Assembly: GCA_965249275.1 (NCBI GenBank)
Contig: CBDFLQ010000006.1
Location: 1 to 64,000, forward strand
Direction: 5' to 3'
Origin: Dehalococcoidia bacterium
GTDB taxonomy: Bacteria; Chloroflexota; Dehalococcoidia; Plut-88900
DNA: 64,000 bases
The first letter of the stretch is position 1. The number at the start of each line of letters is the position of its first letter. Position numbers and translations under genes: made by a program. Below the pieces are notes generated by a model that was not told the origin of the DNA, did no database searches, and saw only the letters and a list, made by a program, of their open reading frames with translations. This document shows, in pieces, positions 1 through 9,321 of this stretch.

Positions 1-887
1 CAACTGGTCAAGGCAGGGAAGCATCCCGTTTCCGCTTCGCCCAGGACTTCTACTCCTTCCACGGCACTAGCCGTCAGACCTTCGCCAAGTACTACAACCG
101 GTTCCTCCTCTCCCCCTCCGACAACGCCTTCCTCCCCCGTAAGCGGGGTCCCGGGTGGAAGTCCCGCCGCACCCTGCCCTACATTGAGCAGAAGGTCATC
201 AACGAGCGCCTTAACGGTACCAACCGTTACGAGATCTATGCCATACTCAAACCCATCCTTAAACACAACACCCCTAAGCCCTCCACCATCTACGCCATCA
301 CCAGACGCCACGGTTTCAATAGGCTCACAAAGCCGATGCAGCAGTCGAAGCGCAAGATCATCAAGACCCGGGCAGGAGAGCTGGGCCACCTGGACAGCCA
401 CTACCTCAGCCGGGATACCATCGTGGGCACTAAGCACCGCTACTACCTCGTGGCCCTCATCGACGCCTTCACCCGTCTGGCCTGGGCCGAAGTGGTTGGA
501 GACATCAAGAGTCTCTCCGTGATGTTGGCTACTCTGAAGTCCATCAATTTCCTTAACGTGGAGTACGGCATCCAATTCGAGGCTATCCTCACCGACAACG
601 GCCCCGAGATGGCCTCCCCAAGGAACACCCAGGGCCACCCTATGGAACGCATGCTCAATGAACTGGGCATAAAGCACCGCTACACCCGCCCTTATAGGCC
701 CCAGACCAACGGGAAGATAGAACGGTTCTGGAGAACCTTGAACGAGGACCTGCTGGAGGGGACAACCTTCGAGTCGGTCTCGGAACTGAAGGACGAGCTT
801 CAGCAATACCTGATCTACTACAATACTCAGAGACCCCACCAGGCAATGGACGGAAAGACCCCTTTGCAAACCCTTAAATCTCTCTAA
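1..887 (+). pseudogene. IS481-family DDE transposase, 5'-partial, apparent 1-bp deletion at about 25-27
   Basis: Integrase core motifs (HLDSH, LTDNGPEM, PYRPQTNGKIERFWRTL, YNTQRPHQ); GCATCCCGTTT here vs GCATCCCCGTTT in copy 2 shifts the frame (could be a sequencing error). Confidence 0.7.
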
Positions 888-916
888 TTCTGTCAACGAA
901 TTACCTGACATCTACA
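1..916 (+). mobile_element. IS481-family insertion sequence, copy 1 (left end outside window)
   Basis: Near-identical to the reverse complement of 56205-57121; right end TGTCAACGAATTACCTGACATCTACA (891-916) ends in ACA as IS481 ends do; flanked by GGAATGAC. Confidence 0.92.
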
Positions 917-1165
917 GGAATGACAGGGGGGCTGGGGTGGAGGCGGGGGTGAGGGCGATGTATTGGCAAAACTGGGCCTCCCCCCGCTCGACCCTTCGAT
1001 GCTCCAGAGGCGCACTTTCAGCATGCTCAGGATGAGCGGCCCCTCCCCAAGGATGGATTCACTCCTCGGCGCATCTTCGACCGGCTCTCGGCGGCCGGAA
1101 TCACGGGGGAGAAGGGGGTGGGTTCCTGCCTACGCAGAAACGACGAGGGGCAAGGGGGGTGGGGA
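917..1165 (-). repeat. Composite cluster of REP-like palindromic repeats, reverse orientation
   Basis: Half GTCATTCC repeat at 917-925; CCCTTCGA..GCTCAGGATGAGCGG at about 990-1040; GGATTC..GGAATCACG at about 1055-1105; GGTTCCTGCCTACGCAGAAACGAC at about 1121-1144. Confidence 0.7.
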
Positions 1166-1241
1166 ATAAGGTGTTGCACAACCATCACAAATACGACACG
1201 ATAGTGTTGCCTCATCAGCCCTCAACAAGAAGGAGCACATC

Positions 1242-2120
1242 ATGACCGAATACAACACTATCCTCTACGAGAAGCAGCGCAAGGGCGTCCTCATCACCCT
1301 CAACCGCCCCGAGACCCTGAACGCCATCTCGCAAGAGGTCGCGACCGAACTCAGTCATGCCCTCTACGCCGCCGACGCCGACCCCGAGGTCCGCGCAGTC
1401 GTAATCACCGGCTCGGGCCGGGCCTTTTCGTCGGGCTACGACATCGGAGCGGGACGCCCAATGGAATGGCCCTCGGGACTGCCAGAAGGCGCCAACATCG
1501 CCGAGCAGATTGAGTTTCAGCGGAACCATGACAAGCAGGAGCAGGCCAACCTCCTGCAGATTTGGGACATGGGAACGCCCGTCATCGCCGCAGTGAACGG
1601 CTGGTGTCTCGCTGGAGCCTCCTGGTACGCCCTCGCCTGTCATATGACCTTCGCCTCAGACCAGGCCGTCTTCGGTCAGCCCGAGGTCCGTATGGGCGAC
1701 GACACAAACTTTTTCTGGGTGCTCAACGCCGGGTACAAGCACGCCCTGCGTTACGCCCTCACCGGTGACCACATCGACGCCCATGAAGCCCTCCGCATCG
1801 GTCTGATCAACGAGGTCGTGCCCCACGATCAGCTTATCGACCGCTGCTTCTCCATCGTCGAGCGCATCGCCATGAACGCCCCCGAGACCGTGAAGATTAA
1901 CCTTCAGGTCGCCACCCAGGGCCTGAACATGATGGGCCTTCGCAACGCCCTCCTCCTCAACAACGAGATGAAGGCCCTCGCGCACCTCTCCCGCAGCCGA
2001 GACTTCTACCAGCCCCTGGACGACGCCCAGCGCCGCGGCGGCCTCCGCGAGTTCCTCAAGCTCCGCGACGGCCCCTTCATCCCCGAGCCCTTTGGCCCCA
2101 GGTCCAAGCCCCGGGAATAG
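1242..2120 (+). CDS. Enoyl-CoA hydratase/isomerase (crotonase) family protein
   Basis: ITLNRPETLNA, GRAFSSGYD, IAAVNGWCLAG, FGQPEV motifs; AGGAG RBS. Confidence 0.9.
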   Translation: MTEYNTILYEKQRKGVLITLNRPETLNAISQEVATELSHALYAADADPEVRAVVITGSGRAFSSGYDIGAGRPMEWPSGLPEGANIAEQIEFQRNHDKQEQANLLQIWDMGTPVIAAVNGWCLAGASWYALACHMTFASDQAVFGQPEVRMGDDTNFFWVLNAGYKHALRYALTGDHIDAHEALRIGLINEVVPHDQLIDRCFSIVERIAMNAPETVKINLQVATQGLNMMGLRNALLLNNEMKALAHLSRSRDFYQPLDDAQRRGGLREFLKLRDGPFIPEPFGPRSKPRE

Positions 2121-2144
2121 TTTCAAGGACCCAGGAGAATTCCC

Positions 2145-3440
2145 ATGAATGCCAGGACCGCCGACGCCGTAGTAATCGGGGCGGGGATAGCCGGTTGCGC
2201 CACCGCTTACTACCTCTCTAAAAAGGGCCTCAACGTAGTAGTCGTCGATAAAGGCCAGGTCGGGGACGAGCAGTCCAGCCGAGCCTGGGGTTTCGTGCGC
2301 CAACAGGCCCGTACCGCCCGCGAGCTGCCCCTGATGATTGCCGGGGCCACCGTATGGCAGGAGATGGAGCGCGAGCTTGGCGCCGACGTCGAATGGAACC
2401 AGGGTGGCTCACTCACCCTCGCGGGAGACGAGGAGATACTCGGCAGAATCCGAGCGTGGCTGAAGGTCGGCGAGCAGTTCGGCATCGAGACCCGGTTCCT
2501 GACCAACGACGATGTGAAAGAGCTCCTTCCAGCCATGCGTGGCGAGTGGCTCGGGGCCATGTACACCCCGAGCGACGGCCACGCCCAGCCCCACAAGGCA
2601 ACAAACGCGATTGCCATCGGCGCACGCGAGCACGGCGCCCTTTTCAGGACAATGGAGGCCGTCGAGGGCATCGAGGTGACCGACGGCCGGGTCTCCGCCG
2701 TAGTCACCGAAAGGGACCGTATCGTCACCCGGAACGTAGTCTGTGCAGCCGGGGCCTGGTCCCACAAAGTGTCCAGTATGGTCGGGCTTGCACTTCCTTA
2801 CCGGATGGTGCGGGCGAGCGTCGGCCAGACTAATCCTACAGATCACGTTACCGACATGGCGGTCATCGGGCCCCGGATCGCTTTCCGGCAGAGGCCCTCG
2901 GGCGAGTTCTATATCGCACCGGGTCCCGGGGGCACCGACTACGACGTCGACCTGGACAGCTTCAAACACATCCGTCTCTTCATGCCAAACTTCCGGCGGA
3001 ACCGGGAAATGTTCCGTGTCCACGTCGGGAGAACACTGATAAAGGACGTCCTGAGAAGCCTGCCCGGCTCCTCCTCCCGCCGACACCCCTTCGCCCACAC
3101 CGTCGGCGTCGAGCCGGAGCCTAACAGGAAGGTTATCGACAAGGCCCTGGTCACCTTCAAGTCCATGTTCCCCGATCTTCAGGACCTCAAGATTGAACAC
3201 TATTGGTCGGGTCGCATCGACGCTACCCCCGACGCCCTCCCCGTTATAGGCGAAGCCGACTCCCCAAAGGGTTTCTACTTCTGCACGGGGTTCAGCGGTC
3301 GGGGCATAGGCATCGGGCCGATCGCGGGCAAGGTCACTGCCGAGCTAATCGCCGACGGCAAGTCTTCCGTTGACATCCATGCCCTCCGGCACAGCCGATT
3401 CGAGGAAAAAGACATGGATATGATCAAGGCTGTGGTCTGA
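2145..3440 (+). CDS. FAD-dependent oxidoreductase, D-amino-acid oxidase/dehydrogenase family
   Basis: VIGAGIAG FAD motif, QSSRAWG, DATPDALPVIG, GFSGRGIGIGP. Confidence 0.9.
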   Translation: MNARTADAVVIGAGIAGCATAYYLSKKGLNVVVVDKGQVGDEQSSRAWGFVRQQARTARELPLMIAGATVWQEMERELGADVEWNQGGSLTLAGDEEILGRIRAWLKVGEQFGIETRFLTNDDVKELLPAMRGEWLGAMYTPSDGHAQPHKATNAIAIGAREHGALFRTMEAVEGIEVTDGRVSAVVTERDRIVTRNVVCAAGAWSHKVSSMVGLALPYRMVRASVGQTNPTDHVTDMAVIGPRIAFRQRPSGEFYIAPGPGGTDYDVDLDSFKHIRLFMPNFRRNREMFRVHVGRTLIKDVLRSLPGSSSRRHPFAHTVGVEPEPNRKVIDKALVTFKSMFPDLQDLKIEHYWSGRIDATPDALPVIGEADSPKGFYFCTGFSGRGIGIGPIAGKVTAELIADGKSSVDIHALRHSRFEEKDMDMIKAVV

Positions 3441-3450
3441 CGCCCCCCCG

Positions 3451-4062
3451 ATGACAACACGCCACTCGAGGTTCGACCTCCCCAGGCAACACCCGCACCC
3501 CGAGTCTGAAAAAAAGAGAATAGCCAGTCCCAAGGCACTCCTGACAGCCGATCCCCTCGCCTGGTTGATGACCCTCCACCCGCTCATTGTCGGGTTGATA
3601 TTTCTGGTTCTCGGGTGGGGTTCGCTTCTCCTCATAGCTTGGCGTCTCGAAGTTATTACCAGCGTCTTCCTACGCAGCCCGGCCTTCATGTTCGGTGACC
3701 TCGTCCTCCTGCCCCTCGCCACCGCCATCATGTCTTCCTTCTACCGGTCCGCCTCCATCGAGATACCCAGGGAGTCGGGGGTCGGAATTACAATCGCTAG
3801 TGCCCTCATCGCAGCCATTTCGGCGGGGGCCACGGCGGCCTTCAGCATCTTCCTATCCGAGACCTATCACGGCATATGGTCGGTGCCCCACAACCTTTTC
3901 ATCGGGCTCTTCGCCTACGTCTTTGTATCTTTTCTTCCCCGTGCTTTCTACGAAATTGCCTTCGGCTTCAAGACAAGGAAGACCTACCTCCTTGCCCCGA
4001 TAATGCTCCTTCCGATGGCCCACATCACGCTCAAGTCCTTCCTCGGCGGCTCACTCCCGTAG
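3451..4062 (+). CDS. Hypothetical membrane protein (about 5 TM segments; start uncertain)
   Basis: Multiple hydrophobic stretches; co-directional with the upstream gene; stop TAG lies within a GTAG repeat. Confidence 0.6.
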   Translation: MTTRHSRFDLPRQHPHPESEKKRIASPKALLTADPLAWLMTLHPLIVGLIFLVLGWGSLLLIAWRLEVITSVFLRSPAFMFGDLVLLPLATAIMSSFYRSASIEIPRESGVGITIASALIAAISAGATAAFSIFLSETYHGIWSVPHNLFIGLFAYVFVSFLPRAFYEIAFGFKTRKTYLLAPIMLLPMAHITLKSFLGGSLP

Positions 4063-4084
4063 GGGCGGTTCGAGAACCGTCCTC
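4059..4084 (+). repeat. GTAG-type REP-like palindrome
   Basis: GTAGGGGCGGTTCGAGAACCGTCCTC hairpin; relatives at 45426 and 58410. Confidence 0.65.
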
Positions 4085-4200
4085 CCCCCTTCCAACCACC
4101 CCGCAAGGAGAGGCAACCCCTCATACTTGCCCCTTTACAAAGGCGGGCGATGTTAGAATACCCTCAATTCAACTATCACACTTCAACCGGAGGCAATGCC

Positions 4201-5061
4201 ATGACTCAAGCTGCCGTATCCAACTGGGGAAGATGGGGCGCCGACGACAGTATCGGAGCCCTTAACCTCCTTACACCCGACGTGATGCTCAAAGCCGTCA
4301 AGCTCGTTACCAAGGGCAAGGCCTACAGCCTCGCCGTGCCCCTGGAGCGTAGCGGTCACCAGCACGTTCCCTTCCACAAGACCTGGAAGGTCACCTTCAC
4401 CTCCCCCGGCCCCGACGTCAGCTTCACTGAAGACGTCCTCACCATCGACACCCATTCCGGCACCCACATCGACTCCCTCGGGCACACCTGGGCCGAGGGC
4501 CAGTTCTATAACGGCTACTCGGAGGAGCAAGTCTTCAAGGCCGGTGTTCGCAAGATCGGCATCGACCAGGTGAAGACCATGGTCGGCCGCGGGATCATGC
4601 TGGACGTTCCCCGGTACCGGGGAACCGAGCACATGGGCCCCGGCGAAGTCTTGACCGGCGAAGAGATGGACGCCGTCGCTGCGTCTCAGGGCATAGCCAT
4701 CGAGCCTGGGGACATCCTCCTCTTCCGCACCGGCTGGCACACCGTCTTCTACAGCGACTACGCCCTCTGGAGCTCCGGCGTCCCCGGCCCCGACGGCTCC
4801 CTTGCTCCGTGGCTCAAGGAAAGAGACGTTTGCGCCATCGGGGCCGACCAGCCTACTATCGAAGTACAAGGGGCTGTCGACGGGTATGGGGCCAGCATGC
4901 TCCATCGCTTCGCCCTCCGAGACCTCGGCGTCTACCTGCTGGAAAACATGAACCTGGAAGAGCTGGCTCGAGACCAGGTCTACGAGTTCATGTTCGTCGG
5001 CGCACCTCTCCCTCTCACCGAGGCCTCGGGCACCCCTTGGAACCCCGTAGCGCTGGTGTAA
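4201..5061 (+). CDS. Cyclase family (kynurenine formamidase-like) metal hydrolase
   Basis: NWGRWGADDSIGALN, HSGTHIDSLGH, GDILLFRTGW, LLENMNL; GGAGG RBS before ATG 4201. Confidence 0.9.
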   Translation: MTQAAVSNWGRWGADDSIGALNLLTPDVMLKAVKLVTKGKAYSLAVPLERSGHQHVPFHKTWKVTFTSPGPDVSFTEDVLTIDTHSGTHIDSLGHTWAEGQFYNGYSEEQVFKAGVRKIGIDQVKTMVGRGIMLDVPRYRGTEHMGPGEVLTGEEMDAVAASQGIAIEPGDILLFRTGWHTVFYSDYALWSSGVPGPDGSLAPWLKERDVCAIGADQPTIEVQGAVDGYGASMLHRFALRDLGVYLLENMNLEELARDQVYEFMFVGAPLPLTEASGTPWNPVALV

Positions 5062-5121
5062 CCGGCTAACCCGGCATACCGTCTAAATCGAATCGACACC
5101 TCAATCGGAGGAACCCAGACA

Positions 5122-7089
5122 ATGGCAACCACCCCATTTCCCAACCTGTTCAGTCCACTGACCATGCGAAACGTCGTCATTCGAAACCGCATTGTCAGCA
5201 CGGGCCACGCGACGGTCCTCGCCGAAGACGGTATGCCAGGGCCCAAGCTCAACGCCTACCAGGCCGAGAAGGCCCGAGGCGGTGCAGGCCTGATCATCTG
5301 CTACGGCTCTGCTGCCGTCCACGATTCCTCCCCTGCTTTCGACTGGGGTGGCGTCGAACTGTATAACGACAAGGTAATCCCCTACCTCATCAATGCCTCT
5401 GCCGCCGTCCACAAGCACGGCGCAAAAATCTTCGCCCAGATTTCTCACCGGGGCCGACGCGGCGCCTCCGACCTGTCCTGGACGCCCCTTCTAGCCCCCT
5501 CCGGCCTCCCTGAGCGCGTCCATAGGGAGACGCCTCACGAGATGGAGATTGAGCAGATCAACGATGTAGTCCGGGCTTATGGAAAGGCTGCTGGCCGGCT
5601 CAAGGCCGGTGGATTCGACGGTGTCGAGATCATGATCGGCTCGGGACACCTCCCCGAGCAGTTCCTCTCTCCCTTTTCCAATAGGCGCACCGATGCCTAT
5701 GGCGGCTCGCTCGAAAACCGTGTTCGATTCTCAAAGGAAGTCATGGAGTCGGTCAGGGAAAACGTGGGAGAGGACTTCGTGGTAGGCCTTCGGGTCGGGG
5801 GTGAGGATGAGAGAACCAAGGGCGGCCTTTCCCGTGCCAACCAACTCGATATAATCGAAATTCTCGAGGCCACGGGCCAAGCCGACTACCTGAGCGTCGT
5901 AGGTGCGACGCCTGAATACATGATGGGGCAGTCGGAGGCCGTGCCTGCGATGTGGTTCAAGACGGGCCTTTGGGTCGACTGGTCCGCCGAGGTCAAGCGC
6001 AATAGCAGCCTCGCCATCCTAATCGCAGGCCGGATCACCGACCCCATGCAGGGCGAATGGATCGTGTCCGAAGCCAAGGCCGACCTGGTAGCCATGACCC
6101 GGGCAATGATCGCCGACCCACACCTCGCCAACAAGGCTCGCGAGGGCCGTGTCGAGGATATTCGCCCGTGCATCGGCAGCAACCAGGGCTGCATCGGGCG
6201 TCTTTTCCACGGTAAGCCCATCACCTGTATCCACAACCCGGTCATCAGCCGGGAGACCGAGCTTGCTGTCGTCAAACCCGCCAAGAGCAAGAAAAAGGTT
6301 GTAGTCGTTGGCGGCGGGCCTGCGGGCCTGGAAGCCGCCCGAGTCGCCGCAGAGCGCGGTCACAACGTAGTCTTGCTCGAAAAGAAGCCGGTCCTGGGAG
6401 GGCAGATCACCCCTTACACCAAGGCCGCGGGCCGCGAGGACTTCGGGGCGATAACCATCTGGCTGGAAGAGCAGGCCCGAAAGCTGGGCGTCGACATCCG
6501 ACTCGCCACCGAAGCCACCGCTGACTCCATCCTCGCCGAGTCCCCCGACGCTGTCATCATAGCCGCCGGCTCGGTAGCCCTGCCCCCCGACATCCCCGGT
6601 GCAGAGTCGGGGCCCGTCGTCACAACCGAAGAGGCCCTGACCAAGGAAGTGGACTGGGGTGACAAAGTGCTGGTAATCGATCAGGACGGTCATCACAAGG
6701 GCCCCGCCGTCGCCGAGCAATTGGCCTTGCAGGGCAGCAAGGTTGAGGTAGTCTCCGACCTCTTCACCGTCGGCGAGGACATCGACATCAGCGTCAAACC
6801 CCTGGTCTACCAGCGTCTCTACACCAACCACGTCACCCTCAGCCCCAACACCGAGGTTAAGGAGATCCGGGAAGAGCAGGTTGTCCTTCGGAACATCTAC
6901 AACAACGAAGAGCGCACCGTGGAAGGCGTCACAACGATAGTCCACGCGGGTCTGCGTCGGGCGCAGGACGACTTGTACAAGACACTAAAGGGTAAGGTAG
7001 ATGACGTCCGGCTCGTCGGCGATGCAATGGCCCCCCGCCGCATCCACGACGCCATTCTTGAAGGGACTCGGGCTGGGAGGGCTGTTTAA
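5122..7089 (+). CDS. NADH:flavin oxidoreductase (Old Yellow Enzyme/FadH-like, FMN + Fe-S + FAD)
   Basis: GFDGVEI, QFLSPFSNRRTDAYGGSLENRVRF, CIGSNQGC..C, VVGGGPAGLEAA. Confidence 0.92.
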   Translation: MATTPFPNLFSPLTMRNVVIRNRIVSTGHATVLAEDGMPGPKLNAYQAEKARGGAGLIICYGSAAVHDSSPAFDWGGVELYNDKVIPYLINASAAVHKHGAKIFAQISHRGRRGASDLSWTPLLAPSGLPERVHRETPHEMEIEQINDVVRAYGKAAGRLKAGGFDGVEIMIGSGHLPEQFLSPFSNRRTDAYGGSLENRVRFSKEVMESVRENVGEDFVVGLRVGGEDERTKGGLSRANQLDIIEILEATGQADYLSVVGATPEYMMGQSEAVPAMWFKTGLWVDWSAEVKRNSSLAILIAGRITDPMQGEWIVSEAKADLVAMTRAMIADPHLANKAREGRVEDIRPCIGSNQGCIGRLFHGKPITCIHNPVISRETELAVVKPAKSKKKVVVVGGGPAGLEAARVAAERGHNVVLLEKKPVLGGQITPYTKAAGREDFGAITIWLEEQARKLGVDIRLATEATADSILAESPDAVIIAAGSVALPPDIPGAESGPVVTTEEALTKEVDWGDKVLVIDQDGHHKGPAVAEQLALQGSKVEVVSDLFTVGEDIDISVKPLVYQRLYTNHVTLSPNTEVKEIREEQVVLRNIYNNEERTVEGVTTIVHAGLRRAQDDLYKTLKGKVDDVRLVGDAMAPRRIHDAILEGTRAGRAV

Positions 7090-7196
7090 CTTTCCCCTTC
7101 CCGTGGAGCCGTTCAGCCGCTACCCCTGAAATTGTAAAGAGGTCGCTAGATCGGACGGGGTCGGGGCGAGCGGTTCTCGATACACGTCTTCCGGGT

Positions 7197-7225
7197 TTGA
7201 CCCGTATTGCAAGTCCAACTAGAAT
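7197..7225 (+). promoter_or_regulatory. Putative sigma70 promoter
   Basis: TTGACC-17 bp-TAGAAT upstream of the 7306 gene. Confidence 0.6.
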
Positions 7226-7305
7226 GCGCCCTCCCATCAGTGTTGTCCTTGAGGGCAGGGGCAACACGAAACGCGGAATCCCAGCAGCACAAAAAAAGGA
7301 GTTTC

Positions 7306-7806
7306 ATGACCCGTTTTTGGATGGTCTCAATATTAATCGGTCTCGTTCTGGCAATCTCTCTAGCCGGTTGCGGCAGCAGCAGCTCGGAATCCGGCGAGGC
7401 TGGTGACAATTCAGAGAATGGAGAGCACAGTAGCGGCTCAGAGAGTGGCGAGGGCGGCGACGACTCGGAGAGTGGTGAGCACAGCAGCGAGTCGGAATCC
7501 GGTGAAGACGATGGCGAAGAAGAATCCGGCACCCAGTTTTCTCTAAACGAGACCTTCGATGAGGTTCGCGCCGGCGCCCGGCTGATTCTTCGGTATGACT
7601 CGACCTCCAACGCATTTGTGGGCATGGTCGAAAACACCACGGAGACCACCCTAGCCCGAGTCAGGGTAGAGGTCCATCTCTCCAACGGAATTGAGCTAGG
7701 CCCGACGACGCCCGTCAATTTGGCCCCAGGACAGATAGCTGACATCACCCTTCCTGCGAGCAGTCAGCCCTTCACCTCCTGGAGCGCCCACCCGGAAGTC
7801 GGATGA
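7306..7806 (+). CDS. Lipoprotein with acidic S/E/G/H repeat linker and a beta-rich C-terminal domain
   Basis: Lipobox LAGC after a hydrophobic signal; 18-aa SESGE..GEHSS repeats; AAGGAG RBS. Confidence 0.8.
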   Translation: MTRFWMVSILIGLVLAISLAGCGSSSSESGEAGDNSENGEHSSGSESGEGGDDSESGEHSSESESGEDDGEEESGTQFSLNETFDEVRAGARLILRYDSTSNAFVGMVENTTETTLARVRVEVHLSNGIELGPTTPVNLAPGQIADITLPASSQPFTSWSAHPEVG

Positions 7807-7863
7807 CCCCGGACTAGCTGGAGGGAGGAGGATGGTCTCAGGCGGCATTGTTAGACTGAAGAC

Positions 7864-8355
7864 ATGGCTACTGACAAGTCTTTCACCATCCGACAAGAAG
7901 ATCCCCGAACTGAGGCGGTGCGCATGCTCATCGGGGAGCTGGATGCTTATCTGGACCCGCTGTACCCGAAGGAAAGCCAACACGGATACAGCATCGAGAA
8001 ACTGGTGGCCCAAGGAGTCGAGTTCTTCGTGCTATTCGAAGACGAAACACCGGCCGCTTGCGGAGGCGTGCAGTTCTTCGGCGACCCAAACGGAGCTGAC
8101 GAGGACTACGGTGAAATCAAGCGCATGTATGTCTGCCCCGAGTTTCGTGGTAGGGGCTACGCCAAGAAGATGCTCCAACACCTGGAAGAACTGGCTACGA
8201 CCAGAGGGTTTCCCAAGGTGCGACTGGAAACCGGGATTTCCCAGCCGGAAGCCATCGGCCTCTACGAACGGAACGGTTATTACAAGATCCCACCGTTCGG
8301 AGACTACTGGGACGACCCGCTCAGCTTCTTCTACGAGAAGAACCTAGGCGGTTAA
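7864..8355 (+). CDS. GNAT family N-acetyltransferase
   Basis: GEIKRMYV, FRGRGYAK, LETGISQPEAIGLYERNGY. Confidence 0.92.
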   Translation: MATDKSFTIRQEDPRTEAVRMLIGELDAYLDPLYPKESQHGYSIEKLVAQGVEFFVLFEDETPAACGGVQFFGDPNGADEDYGEIKRMYVCPEFRGRGYAKKMLQHLEELATTRGFPKVRLETGISQPEAIGLYERNGYYKIPPFGDYWDDPLSFFYEKNLGG

Positions 8356-8387
8356 CCGCGAACTTCCGAATGCAGAGCGCTGCCTCC

Positions 8388-9146
8388 CTACGCCAAATAC
8401 CCTCCGTCCACCTTCATCAAGTTCCCGTTCACGTACGAAGCCGCATCCGAGCACAGCCACACCACCACCTCCGCCACTTCCGCCGGATCTCCTTGCCGAT
8501 GCAGCGGCGTTCCCTCGAGGAGTTGGCGGCTCTTGTTCGGGTCGGCGCCCCAGAGCCGCTCGACCATCGGGGTGTCTATAGTGCCGGGACATATCGCGTT
8601 GACCCGCACCCCTTGCCCTCCAAACTCCAGCGCCGCCGACCTCGTAAGCCCCGCCACCCCGAACTTGCTCCCAGTATACGGCCCTAACCGCGAGCTCCCT
8701 TTCAATCCGCTTATCGACGACGTGTTGACTATCGCCCCTCCGCCTGCGGCAACCATCACCGGAATCTCGGACTTCATGCACAGCCACACGCCCTTCAGGT
8801 TAACCGAGATCACCTTGTCGAAATCAGCCTCCGAACATTCGACCAGGCTGCCCGTCGGGCCCTCGATTCCCGCGTTGTTATAGGCGTAGTCCAGATGCCC
8901 GTGGCTCGCCACCACGCGCGATACCATCGCCTCCACCTCAGCGGCCTTGGACACGTCGACCCGCCAGAAGTCCACCGTCGCCCCAAGCTCACCTGCCAGC
9001 CGTACCGTCTCTGCGCCTCCGGCTTCGTCCAGGTCGACGGTCGCAACCGTGGCCCCTCTCTTCGCAAAGGCCAGCACAGCCGCCCTCCCAATCCCCGACC
9101 CCCCGCCGGTCACCAAAGCCACCTTGCCAGTCATATCACCAGCCAT
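8388..9146 (-). CDS. Short-chain dehydrogenase/reductase
   Basis: TGGGSGIG, NNAGI, YTGSK catalytic YxxxK. Confidence 0.93.
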   Translation of the reverse strand: MAGDMTGKVALVTGGGSGIGRAAVLAFAKRGATVATVDLDEAGGAETVRLAGELGATVDFWRVDVSKAAEVEAMVSRVVASHGHLDYAYNNAGIEGPTGSLVECSEADFDKVISVNLKGVWLCMKSEIPVMVAAGGGAIVNTSSISGLKGSSRLGPYTGSKFGVAGLTRSAALEFGGQGVRVNAICPGTIDTPMVERLWGADPNKSRQLLEGTPLHRQGDPAEVAEVVVWLCSDAASYVNGNLMKVDGGYLA

Positions 9147-9194
9147 GAGATACCTCCATTACAGGTCCCATTTCAAACCCGACGCCCCTAAAGA

Positions 9195-9233
9195 TGTCAT
9201 TCCGAGGCTCCGCGAGTAATCTAGGACTTGCCC
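9195..9233 (+). repeat. GTCATTCC..GGAATC palindromic repeat (family 1)
   Basis: TGTCATTCCGAGGCTCCGCGAGTAATCTAGGACTTGCCC, 1 mismatch to the 34754 copy. Confidence 0.85.
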
Positions 9234-9321
9234 AAGCACGAATAGGTTACATGAACCCCCAGTTCACACCATCCTACCACTCTCGCAATACCCTCATAAA
9301 CCGGAATGTTAGAATACCCCC

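Noticed and set aside
7228-7267. Pseudoknot between GCCCTC and the hairpin loop GAGGGC
   Set aside because: GCCCTC lies only 2 nt after the predicted -10, so it is probably mostly untranscribed; a 6-bp match is weak in GC-rich DNA.
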